Positions 27,120 through 35,778 are shown, counted from the first letter of the stretch. The stretch is 64,000 bases of DNA from Desulfobacteraceae bacterium (GCA_030593145.1 JAUVHU010000006.1:1121-65120), one strand, 5' to 3'. Notes: generated by a model from the letters alone, not told the origin. A program made the numbers and translations.

Positions 27120-28514
27120 ATGGCATTAAGAATTGTAAATAACCTTGCGGCGTTGAACACCCAGCGTTGGTTGGGTATCGCAGATACCGGGATGAAACAA
27201 TCTCTTGAAAGATTATCATCCGGTTATCGGATCAATAAGGCAGCGGATGATGCTGCTGGTCTGGCTATTTCTCAAGCTTTTAGGGCGAATATAGCCAGCT
27301 TTAAAGTGGCTTCGAGAAATACCTCAGAGGCCGCAGCGCTCTTGCAGGTGGCTGAAGGTGGTATGGACCAGATCGGAAACATGCTTACCCGACTGAAAGA
27401 GCTGGCCACCCAATCTGCTTCGGCAAACGTTGGTTCTTCTGAGCGTGCAAAGATCGACTCCGAAGGTACCGCGTTGCTGAATGAAATTGACCGAATCGCC
27501 AACTCCTCAAAATACGGGAGTACGGCTTTGCTGGACGGAACATTCGGGGCAACCAAAAGCGGTGTATTTGCAGCAGGTGCTAAAGGTGACGGCGTCGTTA
27601 ATACAAACATTGTATACAACTTTACGGCAGCTACAACAATGACCGGCACACTTTCTGATGCTGTTGATGGGACATGGGCATTCAGTTCAGGAGGGGCAAC
27701 GACTAGCCTGACAATTGTGAATAGTTCAGGAACGTTGAAGGAAACGGTTTCTGTAGCTGCTGGTACCATAGTGAGTGGCACCGCTACATTTGAAAACCTG
27801 GGAATGACAATAGCATTCACTGCAGCGATTACTGCTGCTGCTGCTCTAGGTGACGACACACTCAATGTCTACCGTACAGGACTCACCAACATTACGGCAG
27901 AGGGTGCAACTACCGGAACATACACCATAACCGATGCCAATGGTACCGATATTACGTTGGCAAATTCTGCCGGAACTTGGAGCCAGACAGTGTCTCTTTC
28001 ACCAGGTGCTGGTACGGCAAGTTTTAGTGAATTAAGTATCGCATTTGATGTGACTTCAGCTTACGCGGATGAGGAGTTAAGCGGTACAACGATAACAATC
28101 TCATCCACTGGAAGCGCTGGCAATACCTTCCAGATCGGCGCGGAAAATAACACTGACAACCAGATTTCTATTACAGTATCAGGTACAAGAGGTTCCGATC
28201 TTGGCATAAGCAGTCTTTCACTTGACACCGCAGCCAATGCCCAGGCAGCTCTTGATCTGGTCGATACTGCCATCGGTAGTCTTGCAGGGTCAAGAGGTGA
28301 AATCGGCGCTTCCATGAACAGGTTGAGTTATGCTTCTGCGAATCTGGCAACGACCATTGAGAACCAGCAGGCGGCGGAATCTGTTATTCGCGATGTGGAT
28401 ATGGCGGCTGAGATGACGGACTTTACCAAGAACCAGATCCTGCTCCAGGCTGGTACTGCCATGCTTGCACAAGCAAATATGGCGCCGCAGCAGGTGCTGG
28501 CTCTCTTTGGGTAA
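27120..28514 (+). CDS. fliC: flagellin
   Basis: N-terminal MALRIVNNLAALNTQR..LERLSSGYRINKAADDAAGLAISQ and C-terminal ..MTDFTKNQILLQAGTAMLAQANMAPQQVLALFG. The central domain is T/S/G-rich. The RBS is aaggagg. Confidence 0.9.
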   Translation: MALRIVNNLAALNTQRWLGIADTGMKQSLERLSSGYRINKAADDAAGLAISQAFRANIASFKVASRNTSEAAALLQVAEGGMDQIGNMLTRLKELATQSASANVGSSERAKIDSEGTALLNEIDRIANSSKYGSTALLDGTFGATKSGVFAAGAKGDGVVNTNIVYNFTAATTMTGTLSDAVDGTWAFSSGGATTSLTIVNSSGTLKETVSVAAGTIVSGTATFENLGMTIAFTAAITAAAALGDDTLNVYRTGLTNITAEGATTGTYTITDANGTDITLANSAGTWSQTVSLSPGAGTASFSELSIAFDVTSAYADEELSGTTITISSTGSAGNTFQIGAENNTDNQISITVSGTRGSDLGISSLSLDTAANAQAALDLVDTAIGSLAGSRGEIGASMNRLSYASANLATTIENQQAAESVIRDVDMAAEMTDFTKNQILLQAGTAMLAQANMAPQQVLALFG

Positions 28515-28575
28515 GAGCATAGAGCTTAGAGCATAGAGCTTGGGGCTTAGAGAGTAAGGCTCAAAGCTGAAAATA
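28512..28575. repeat. 7-nt-period array starting on the flagellin stop codon
   Basis: taAGAGCATAG AGCTTAG AGCATAG AGCTTGG GGCTTAG AGAGTAA GGCTCAA AGCTGAA. Confidence 0.8.
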
Positions 28576-28589
28576 AACCTTTAAACCAA

Positions 28590-28630
28590 AACCCCGCTTC
28601 TTTACAGGAGCGGGGTTTTTTATTTTTTTT
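28590..28630 (+). terminator. rho-independent terminator after flagellin
   Basis: aaccccgct-tctttacagg-agcggggtt stem followed by a long T-run. Confidence 0.75.
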
Positions 28631-28686
28631 AGAGGGGCTTTTCCCTAAAAGCCTTCAGCCTATTCACCTGGGTTACTATTATTGTC

Positions 28687-29868
28687 TCATATAAGCATGG
28701 AAAGAAATTTTTCTATGTTGATAATACGAATATTAGTACCTGGAACCACCCTGTCTACATTCTTGGTGGTGAGCTGAAACGCTGTGGCAGAAGGAAATTT
28801 AGCGGTAAACTTTTTCAGCGCTTTGGAAAGCGTTGTGCTTTGGGATTTGCACTCGACTAACATCCATGGCTTCCCATTACGTACGACACAAAAATCCACC
28901 TCTTCTTTTTCTTTTGTTCGAATATAGCAAAGATTAAAAATCCCATAGGCAAGATCTGTCCAGAAATGGCAGCTCTTTTGAAGATGGACGGCAACGATAT
29001 TTTCAAGCAATGGCCCCTGTTCAGAAATCGGCAGCCAGTCAAAGAGATAATACTTGGCCTCTTTGGTCAAGGCTCTGGCAATGTTTCGGGAATATGGCGG
29101 AACCTTAAAGCAGATATAGAGGTTTTGCAGTACAGCGACCCACTCCTGTAAAGTGGCGTAAGCCACATGTAAATCCTCACGCAGGCTGTTAAGTGATAAT
29201 GGGCTTCCCACCCGTGCCGGCAGCAGTTCAATAAGAAGTTTTATTAATTCTATATTCCGTATATTTTTAAAATCCCTGATATCTTCCCGAACAAGCTGTT
29301 CCAACCGCAGGCGGGACCAGCGGCGGGCCTTTCTTTCCGAGCTGAGAAGTAATGGCTCAGGGAATCCTGAACAGGCAATGAGATCCTTAAGCGGGTAATG
29401 GATTTTTCCTGGTTCCAGTTGGTCGGGATTACCGGCAAAATCAGGTCGCTCCGCAACAGTAAATGGATGCAGCCGGTAGGGAATATATCTGCCAAGTAAG
29501 CTGTCGCCGCCCTTTTTATAAAGGTCAAGTCTGGCGCTGCCGGTGACAATTATCTGGATCTGTTCCCCGACTTGATCATAAAGACCCTTCAGGCTATTTT
29601 TCCAGTGGGGGTATTTATGAAGTTCATCAAACACCACCGGCCCCTCACCGATCTCCTCTATAGCTTTTAAGGGCGAGCGTATCCAGTGATGCTTGAATTC
29701 CGTGACGTCCCAGTTGAAATAATTGGTGGAAGATTTAAGGCACTGTTTAGCGAGATGGGTTTTTCCGACTTGCCGTGGTCCGGAGATAAAGGCCATTTTT
29801 CCGTCTGCAAGGGCATCTTTCCAAATGCTGTTTTTAAGATATCGTTGGATGTGCATGGTTTCGACCAA
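28687..29868 (-). CDS. AAA-family ATPase with DUF4143-type C-terminal domain
   Basis: Walker A in FISGPRQVGKTHLAK, Walker B in VVFDELHKY, and a C-terminal restriction-endonuclease-like region (EVDFCVV..MLVECK). Confidence 0.75.
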   Translation of the reverse strand: MVETMHIQRYLKNSIWKDALADGKMAFISGPRQVGKTHLAKQCLKSSTNYFNWDVTEFKHHWIRSPLKAIEEIGEGPVVFDELHKYPHWKNSLKGLYDQVGEQIQIIVTGSARLDLYKKGGDSLLGRYIPYRLHPFTVAERPDFAGNPDQLEPGKIHYPLKDLIACSGFPEPLLLSSERKARRWSRLRLEQLVREDIRDFKNIRNIELIKLLIELLPARVGSPLSLNSLREDLHVAYATLQEWVAVLQNLYICFKVPPYSRNIARALTKEAKYYLFDWLPISEQGPLLENIVAVHLQKSCHFWTDLAYGIFNLCYIRTKEKEEVDFCVVRNGKPWMLVECKSQSTTLSKALKKFTAKFPSATAFQLTTKNVDRVVPGTNIRIINIEKFLSMLI

Positions 29869-29880
29869 TTAACGTGAAAA

Positions 29881-29926
29881 TGATAAAAAGTCAAGACTAA
29901 TTATCGGTAATGTGATAAAAAGTCAA
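29881..29926. promoter_or_regulatory. direct repeat tgataaaaagtcaa x2 upstream of the AAA ATPase gene (candidate -35/operator duplication)
   Basis: Copies lie at 29881-29894 and 29913-29926, spaced 32 nt apart. On the minus strand each reads TTGACTTTTTATCA, which contains TTGACT. Confidence 0.3.
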
Positions 29927-29930
29927 AGTG

Positions 29931-29998
29931 TGAGACTTTGAGCGAAGAGCAAAGAGCATGGAGCTCAGAGCGAAAAGCTAAGAGCATTTTTAGCGAAA
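29931..29998. repeat. 7-nt-period array upstream of the AAA ATPase gene
   Basis: gagcgaa gagcaaa gagcatg gagctca gagcgaa aagctaa gagcatt. Confidence 0.75.
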
Positions 29999-30122
29999 CG
30001 CTATAATAGTTCATTGAAAAAACTGTGAACCGACAACCACGTCAGGGCGTGGTTACAATAATTTTATGGCAGAGTTCTTGCTTTTACTAATTATGATGGA
30101 TTTGTAAAAAGTATGAATCCAT

Positions 30123-30200
30123 CAGGTGTTAAGTGTTAGGCGTTAGGTGTTAAGAGCTTGATAAAACAGATAATTACTTTAACCTGACACCTGATCCCTT
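30123..30200. repeat. 7-nt-period array with downstream inverted arm
   Basis: aggtgtt aagtgtt aggcgtt aggtgtt aagagct, then the complementary ttaacctgacacctga ~20 nt downstream. Confidence 0.7.
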
Positions 30201-30316
30201 ATCACGGCTCGGGTCGAGGACAAGCTTCGCAGGAATGACATACGGGGCGGGAACGAATTATATTATAATTTTTGGTGTCTTTGTGTCTTAGTGGCTGAAC
30301 TATTACCAAATAACCT

Positions 30317-30344
30317 TAAAGTTTTGGGAAAATTTTTCCGATTA
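30317..30344 (+). promoter_or_regulatory. sigma28 (FliA) promoter candidate for fliD
   Basis: TAAAGTTT-N12-TCCGATTA lies ~50 nt upstream of ATG 30392. Confidence 0.55.
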
Positions 30345-30391
30345 AACTTATAACTGGATACGAATTGCCTACCTGAACAAAGGAGAAAAAA

Positions 30392-33300
30392 ATGTCCATC
30401 AGCACAAACCTGATATCCGGCCTTTCAAGTGGTTTTGACTGGCGGAGCATGATCGACCAGTTGATTGCAATAGACCGCGGCAGGGTCGATCTGATCGAGG
30501 GCAGGAAATCTGAATACGAGTCACAGCTTGCTGAATGGCAAAATGTCAACACCATGCTGCTTTCGCTTAAAACAGCTTCAGGAGCTTTGAGCACGGAGAG
30601 CGCCTTTAATGTTTTTAGTTCCAGCACTACATCCAACACAACTACGGCGGTCTCTAGCCTGCTTACCATTTCAACCAGCTCCACGGCCTCTCCTGCACTG
30701 TATAACATCAAGGTAAACAATCTTGCGCAATCTGAAAAGATATCTTCCACGAACTATGCGGCTACAGACACAGCGCTTGGTTTGATCGGCGATATCCTTG
30801 TGTCGGGGAAAGTGGTAAACATCGTATCGACCGACACACTCGCAGATATCAAGGACAAAATTAACGCAGTGAATACGGGTTCGGACCCTTCCAATGTGAC
30901 AGCAAGTATTGTTTCACACTCTTCCACCAATTATCATCTGATCTTAACAAGCGACGAGACAGGCGAAGACGGACTCAATATCTTTGAGGGGGCCTATGAT
31001 AGTGGCGACAACATTCTTGAGGAGATGGGCTTTATCAGCGGTTCCACCACCATCAAGAATACGACCAGCGACGGCGCCAAGAGTGATCTTTTTGACAGTT
31101 CCAGCGGGGCAATCAAGACACTATTAGGATTGACCAGTGCGCCTGGGGCCACGATAGTCAAGATAGGTGGATTAGATGTCAGTATAGACCTTTCGAGCGC
31201 CGCCGAATCGCTCACCACGATCGCACAAAAGATAGATGTCCTTGCGGGCATATCGGCCGAAGTTGTATCTGAAACCGTAAGCGGGGAGACAAAATATCGG
31301 ATAGACATCAGCGGAACCACCTCCTTTGCGGAGAGTGTCGGCGGCAACGGCAACGTCCTCCAGACACTGGGTATTCTTGAGGGGACATACGGGACAGTCG
31401 CGGAGGTACATTCAGGAAGCGTGAATTATGCTTCGGGTGGAGCAGCTGTCGTTGCCGGAACCACTTTTGCAAATGTCTTTACCGGTATACTCCGCGGAGA
31501 TATAGAAAATACGGAGGACATCTCCTCAGACCCTATATCATCTTCAACAACATGGGATGATATTGCTGGTTTCACTTGGGATGTTACTGATGAAATTACG
31601 ATCACAGGGACAGACCACGACGGTGCTCCCGTCAGCGAGACGTATGACCTGGCAGCGAGGGAGACTGAGGCACTTAGCGTTTTCTTAGGCCAATTGGAAA
31701 CATGGTTTGGCGGTTCGGATAAAGTTGATGCATATTTTGACTCTGATGGAAGGCTTATTGTTGAAGATTTACAGTCCGGAAGCAGCCAGATGTCGATTGA
31801 AGTAGATCCGAACGATGTCGGTCTGGACTTCAATACGCCTGATGTCGCCTTCGGCAACAATATTACAGAAGACACCGACACCATCAGCATTACGGGAACA
31901 AGAGGAGACGGAACAAGGATTGGCGACGAGGGAAATAACTATACCCTCACATATACGATTGCTGCCGGTGATGACCTTGCAGACCTTCTGACTAAGATCA
32001 ATAACGCTAGTGATGGCTTTGGCACTGGGCAGACCGCAACGGCCAGCATTTCCGGTGGAAAAATTATAATCACCGACGGCACCGCCGGAAACAGCCAGCT
32101 TTCACTTACTCTTGTTGCTAACAATGAGGGTGGAGGCTCTCTTAATTTCGGCGAGATCTCCATGCTCACCGAGGGTCGCAGCATGCAGGTTGCTGCTGGT
32201 GAGGACGCGGAGATTGTGGTGGACAACGTGACCATAACGAATTCTTCCAACACTATCGAAGACGTTATCGCGGGCGCGACCCTGAATCTTGTGGGAGAAG
32301 ACTCGGACACTACCGTTACTCTCAAGGTAGAGCGGGACCTTGCCTCCATAAAGTCAAAGATCGAGGACATGGTCAGCGCCTATAACTCCATAATGGATTA
32401 TATCAATATCCAGTTTACCTACGACGAGGACACGGAACAGGTAGGCGGTATCCTCTTCGGGGACGGCACACTTTCGACCATCAAGTCAGAACTTATCAAT
32501 ACGGTTACGAGAACAATTACCGGGGCATCCAGCGACTATAACAAGCTGGCCCTTATCGGGATTGCCTTAGACGTGGTGGACACCGACGAAGGAGAATATA
32601 ACAAGCTCAACCTGGTTATCGATGATGATGGCGCTGATGATAATGATCTCATGGATTATCTGAAAACGAATTTCGATGATGTTAAAAAGCTCTTTATTGC
32701 TTCCGGATCTTCTCCTTACTCAAATCTAACATATATAGGACATACGGATGATACCGAGGGAGGAGCATATAATGTCACAATTTCGCAGGCAGCCACGCGG
32801 GGTACAACAACAGGGAGTAATGCCCTTGTTGGGACAATTGCAGTTGCCGAAAAGGTGACCCTCACAGACTTTGACACGGGCAGGGTTGCAATCGTGGATC
32901 TCACAATTGGTATGGACATCAACGATGTGGTCAACGCCATCAATTCGGAGTTTGCCCAGGAATACACGGAGCAACTCACGGGGGCTACTGAAAACGCCGG
33001 TGTCACCTCCTCGACTTTGCTTAACGATGCATTAGTGGGCGGTGAAGATAACGATGTCATCACGTTTTCAGGGATAAAACGAAATGGCATCAGCGTCTCC
33101 GGGAGTTACACAATCAGTGATGCAACCACGGAAACCGTAGGAGACCTCCTGGAGGCCATCGAGGATATGTACGAAGACGGGGTCACGGTTGCCCTGGATG
33201 GTGACGGTAAGATCGTGATTACAAACACGCAGGTAGGGGACAGCAGTCTTTCCTTCAATATAGACACTTCGGCCCTTACCAACCTGGATTTTGGAACGGT

Positions 33301-33895
33301 CAGCACCACGACCGAAGGCCGTTACGCCATGGCCATTACGGCGTCCGAAGGGACGGGTGGTGACGATAATAAGCTTGTCCTGACCCACAACACTTATGGA
33401 ACCGGGCAGCAGGTTGCTACGAAGTCCGAGGATGGGAATGACGACCTGGGATTAAACACTGCCACAAAGGTCTGGGGCGAAAATGTTGCCGGAACTATAA
33501 ACAGCTTGACGGCTACCGGCAGTGGTCAAAACCTGTCGCTGGACAGTGACGGAAACAACGCAGACGGATTGTCTATAAGTTATACCGGCACAAGCACCAT
33601 AGCCGAAACAACCTTTACGCTTACCCTTGGGATGGGGGAGTTGCTGGATCGCAGGCTTGGCTTTATTACCAATACCTCTGACGGATATGTTACATACAAG
33701 AAAACGTCCCTTGGAAACAGCATTGACAGCTTTGAGGATCAGATTGAAAGCATGGAGGCAAGCCTGAACCGCAAAATGGAGACAATGATCAATAAGTTTG
33801 TGGCCATGGAAATGGCTTTGGCCGATATTCAGAACGAGAGTCAATGGCTTATGGCGCAGATCAGCGGTTCATTTTCCGGCTGGGGAAGCTTGTAA
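30392..33895 (+). CDS. fliD: flagellar filament capping protein FliD (hook-associated protein 2), unusually long (1167 aa)
   Basis: N-terminal ISGLSSGFDWRSMIDQLIAIDRGRVDLIEGRKSEYESQLAEWQ and C-terminal SIDSFEDQIESMEASLNRKMETMINKFVAMEMALADIQNESQWL are FliD N/C coiled-coil domains. Confidence 0.85.
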   Translation: MSISTNLISGLSSGFDWRSMIDQLIAIDRGRVDLIEGRKSEYESQLAEWQNVNTMLLSLKTASGALSTESAFNVFSSSTTSNTTTAVSSLLTISTSSTASPALYNIKVNNLAQSEKISSTNYAATDTALGLIGDILVSGKVVNIVSTDTLADIKDKINAVNTGSDPSNVTASIVSHSSTNYHLILTSDETGEDGLNIFEGAYDSGDNILEEMGFISGSTTIKNTTSDGAKSDLFDSSSGAIKTLLGLTSAPGATIVKIGGLDVSIDLSSAAESLTTIAQKIDVLAGISAEVVSETVSGETKYRIDISGTTSFAESVGGNGNVLQTLGILEGTYGTVAEVHSGSVNYASGGAAVVAGTTFANVFTGILRGDIENTEDISSDPISSSTTWDDIAGFTWDVTDEITITGTDHDGAPVSETYDLAARETEALSVFLGQLETWFGGSDKVDAYFDSDGRLIVEDLQSGSSQMSIEVDPNDVGLDFNTPDVAFGNNITEDTDTISITGTRGDGTRIGDEGNNYTLTYTIAAGDDLADLLTKINNASDGFGTGQTATASISGGKIIITDGTAGNSQLSLTLVANNEGGGSLNFGEISMLTEGRSMQVAAGEDAEIVVDNVTITNSSNTIEDVIAGATLNLVGEDSDTTVTLKVERDLASIKSKIEDMVSAYNSIMDYINIQFTYDEDTEQVGGILFGDGTLSTIKSELINTVTRTITGASSDYNKLALIGIALDVVDTDEGEYNKLNLVIDDDGADDNDLMDYLKTNFDDVKKLFIASGSSPYSNLTYIGHTDDTEGGAYNVTISQAATRGTTTGSNALVGTIAVAEKVTLTDFDTGRVAIVDLTIGMDINDVVNAINSEFAQEYTEQLTGATENAGVTSSTLLNDALVGGEDNDVITFSGIKRNGISVSGSYTISDATTETVGDLLEAIEDMYEDGVTVALDGDGKIVITNTQVGDSSLSFNIDTSALTNLDFGTVSTTTEGRYAMAITASEGTGGDDNKLVLTHNTYGTGQQVATKSEDGNDDLGLNTATKVWGENVAGTINSLTATGSGQNLSLDSDGNNADGLSISYTGTSTIAETTFTLTLGMGELLDRRLGFITNTSDGYVTYKKTSLGNSIDSFEDQIESMEASLNRKMETMINKFVAMEMALADIQNESQWLMAQISGSFSGWGSL

Positions 33896-33995
33896 GTAGA
33901 GCATAGAGCAGAAGGGCAGAAGATTAGAGGGTCAGAAGGTGAGAAGGTGAGAAGGTGAGAGGGTGAGAGAGGTTAGAAGGTGAGAGAAGGAGAAT
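33893..33995. repeat. 7-nt-period array starting on the fliD stop codon (left arm of the four-helix-bundle cassette)
   Basis: taagtagagcatagagcagaagggcagaagattagagg gtcagaa ggtgaga aggtgag aaggtga gagggtg agagagg ttagaag gtgagag. Confidence 0.8.
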
Positions 33996-33997
33996 GT

Positions 33998-34381
33998 TTG
34001 GAGAGAAAAAAGAGCATACGTCATTTTCGGGATCTTGAAGTTTACAGGCGGGCTTTTGATGCGGCAATGCAGATATTTGAAGTTACGAAAAAGTTTCCTC
34101 CGGAAGAAAGGTTCTCCATGGTAGATCAAATTCGAAGGTCGTCGCGTTCTGTATGTGCCAACTTGTCGGAAGGATGGCGGAAAAGGCGTTATTTGGCTGT
34201 CTTCAAAAATAAAATTACAGATTCAATGCAGGAAGCGTCCGAGACACAGTGCTGGTTGGAATTCTGTCTTGCCTGTCGCTACATCAAGCAAGATGTTTTC
34301 GATAAACTTGATAATGAATATGAGCAATTGATTGCAATGTTAAATTCCATGGAAATGAACGCTGCAAAATTCTGTTACTAA
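33998..34381 (+). CDS. four-helix-bundle protein (23S rRNA intervening-sequence protein family)
   Basis: IRHFRDLEVYRRAFDAAMQIFEVTKKFPPEERFSMVDQIRRSSRSVCANLSEGW is the family signature. The likely start is TTG 33998 after the gaaggag RBS. The longest ORF starts at 33980. Confidence 0.8.
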   Translation: MERKKSIRHFRDLEVYRRAFDAAMQIFEVTKKFPPEERFSMVDQIRRSSRSVCANLSEGWRKRRYLAVFKNKITDSMQEASETQCWLEFCLACRYIKQDVFDKLDNEYEQLIAMLNSMEMNAAKFCY

Positions 34382-34473
34382 CCTTCTAACCTTCTGATTT
34401 TCTAACTTTCTGCTTTTGAGCCATGCTTAATTCCATGAAGGTCGGAGGATTAGAAGATTAGAGGATTAAAGGA
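34379..34473. repeat. 7-nt-period arrays after the four-helix-bundle gene (right arm, inverted, plus a GGATTAG array)
   Basis: taaccttctaaccttctgattttctaactttctgcttttgagc is the reverse complement of the GGTTAGAAGG flavour. It is followed by ggtcgga ggattag aagatta gaggatt aaaggaa. Confidence 0.8.
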
Positions 34474-34535
34474 ATATTTACGACTCGATTAGTTGTGAGC
34501 GAAGTGAACTAAATTAACAAGGAGGATATGCTCTT

Positions 34536-34964
34536 ATGTATGGAAATGGAATTGATGCCTACAAACAGACAAACGTGATAACGGCAGACCCTAAAAGACT
34601 AATATTGATGTGTTATGAGGGAGCGATAAGCAGCCTGAAGACGGTAAGAGAAAAGTATATTTCCAAAGAATATGAAGCAAAAGCGGGGGCTCTTCAAAAG
34701 GCGCAGAGCATTATAGGCGAATTAGCGCAGGCGCTTGATTTCGAAAAGGGTGGAGAAATAGCCGGGAATCTGAATTCCCTGTATAATTATATGCTGCGTC
34801 GCATAACTGAGGGAGATGTAAAAGGGGACGTGAAAGCCTTTGATGAGGTAATTCTGATGCTCGAAGAACTTGAATCAGCATGGAAGGAAATCGGCGCAAA
34901 ACCCTGCGTTGCAAAAAGTGTTGATGTAGAAGGCGCTGTTATGCAGAGTGCCGTAACCATTTAA
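34536..34964 (+). CDS. fliS: flagellar export chaperone FliS
   Basis: AYKQTNVITADPKRLILMCYEGAISSLK and ..IIGELAQALDFEKGGEIAGNLNSLYNYMLRRI. Confidence 0.85.
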   Translation: MYGNGIDAYKQTNVITADPKRLILMCYEGAISSLKTVREKYISKEYEAKAGALQKAQSIIGELAQALDFEKGGEIAGNLNSLYNYMLRRITEGDVKGDVKAFDEVILMLEELESAWKEIGAKPCVAKSVDVEGAVMQSAVTI

Positions 34965-34999
34965 AAATTTACAGTATCCGGCAGACGGAGCAAAGCAAT

Positions 35000-35446
35000 A
35001 TGGAAAAAGAGAATTCATCGGATCTCCGCGGCCTCCTGGAACAGAAGTTAAATACCTTCAAAGACTTTCTTTCTACAACCGTGTTGTTAAAGGAAGCTGC
35101 TGTTTCTGAGGATGTGGAGGATATCAAGTCGCTTATAGAAAAGCGCCGGAGTTATATAAAGGCAATAGACCGGATTGACCGCGGAATAAAGAAGATAAGT
35201 GAGGCCCGCATAACATCACCGTCGGCAGAGACAAGAAAAGGGATCGAAGTACTCTCAATGGCCATCAGAAATACCGCGGAAAATGCGGCGCGCCTGAACA
35301 AAGAATTTGAAACCATACTGGAATCCAGGCATGGAGACCTGAGAAAGCGTATATCGGAGATGAGCCGCAACCAAGCTGGCATTAAAGGATATGCGGGTGG
35401 AAGACAAAGAAAGGAGCAGCCCAGGTTCCTGGATATTAGATTATAA
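35000..35446 (+). CDS. hypothetical helical protein of the filament operon (FlgN/FliT-like role possible)
   Basis: The call rests on position after fliS and on charged, helix-rich composition. No diagnostic motif was recognised. Confidence 0.4.
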   Translation: MEKENSSDLRGLLEQKLNTFKDFLSTTVLLKEAAVSEDVEDIKSLIEKRRSYIKAIDRIDRGIKKISEARITSPSAETRKGIEVLSMAIRNTAENAARLNKEFETILESRHGDLRKRISEMSRNQAGIKGYAGGRQRKEQPRFLDIRL

Positions 35447-35566
35447 CCTAAATTGAGCGATTTTTTACTCGATCTGCGCCGATCTCTTGCGCATAAAGGC
35501 TTCGCAAAAATCCTTATGCATCAAGATCTCAGCACATATCTTCGCAAAAAACTGCTCAACTTAGGT
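35446..35566. repeat. ~120-nt imperfect palindrome (long hairpin element); its 5' arm recurs at 63966
   Basis: acctaaattgagcgatttttta.. pairs with ..aaaaaactgctcaacttaggt. The inner arms gatctcttgcgcataaagg and ccttatgcatcaagatc also pair. It starts at the stop codon of the upstream ORF. Confidence 0.7.
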
Positions 35567-35594
35567 ATAAGCGAAAAATAATGACAGCGACTAT

Positions 35595-35635
35595 GCCCCC
35601 CGATTCCCTGACCCCTGATTTCCGACACCCTTCCC
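35595..35635. repeat. short 7-nt-period array upstream of tolQ
   Basis: ccccgat tccctga cccctga tttccga caccctt. Confidence 0.6.
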
Positions 35636-35668
35636 ATAGATAGTGAAATTACAGAATAAGCAAATTCC

Positions 35669-35697
35669 TTGACAGAACAGGCAAGTTTATATATTTT
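35669..35697 (+). promoter_or_regulatory. sigma70-type promoter candidate for the tol-pal operon
   Basis: TTGACA (35669-35674) followed 15-17 nt later by tatatttt. Confidence 0.35.
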
Positions 35698-35778
35698 TAT
35701 TACTTGTAACTAATCAGGTTATTAGTCTGTAGGCTGAAGGATACTGTATCCCTCCAACATCAAAAACCGGAGTTGTTT

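Noticed and set aside
27272-27865. 197-aa minus-strand ORF inside the flagellin gene
   Set aside because: It is antisense to an unambiguous flagellin CDS. The A/V/S/T-rich translation mirrors the sense-strand composition, and there is no RBS or family signature.
30316-33844. Series of 100-154 aa minus-strand ORFs across fliD (30316-30750, 30994-31353, 31426-31890, 31939-32370, 32716-33090, 33452-33844)
   Set aside because: All are antisense to the FliD CDS. They are typical shadow ORFs of a stop-poor, T/S/G-rich gene.
34467-34492. TAAAGGAA..TCGATTAG as a sigma28 promoter for fliS
   Set aside because: The spacer is about 2 nt shorter than in the flagellin and fliD candidates, and the -10 matches only ~5 of 8 positions. 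fliS is probably co-transcribed from the fliD promoter.
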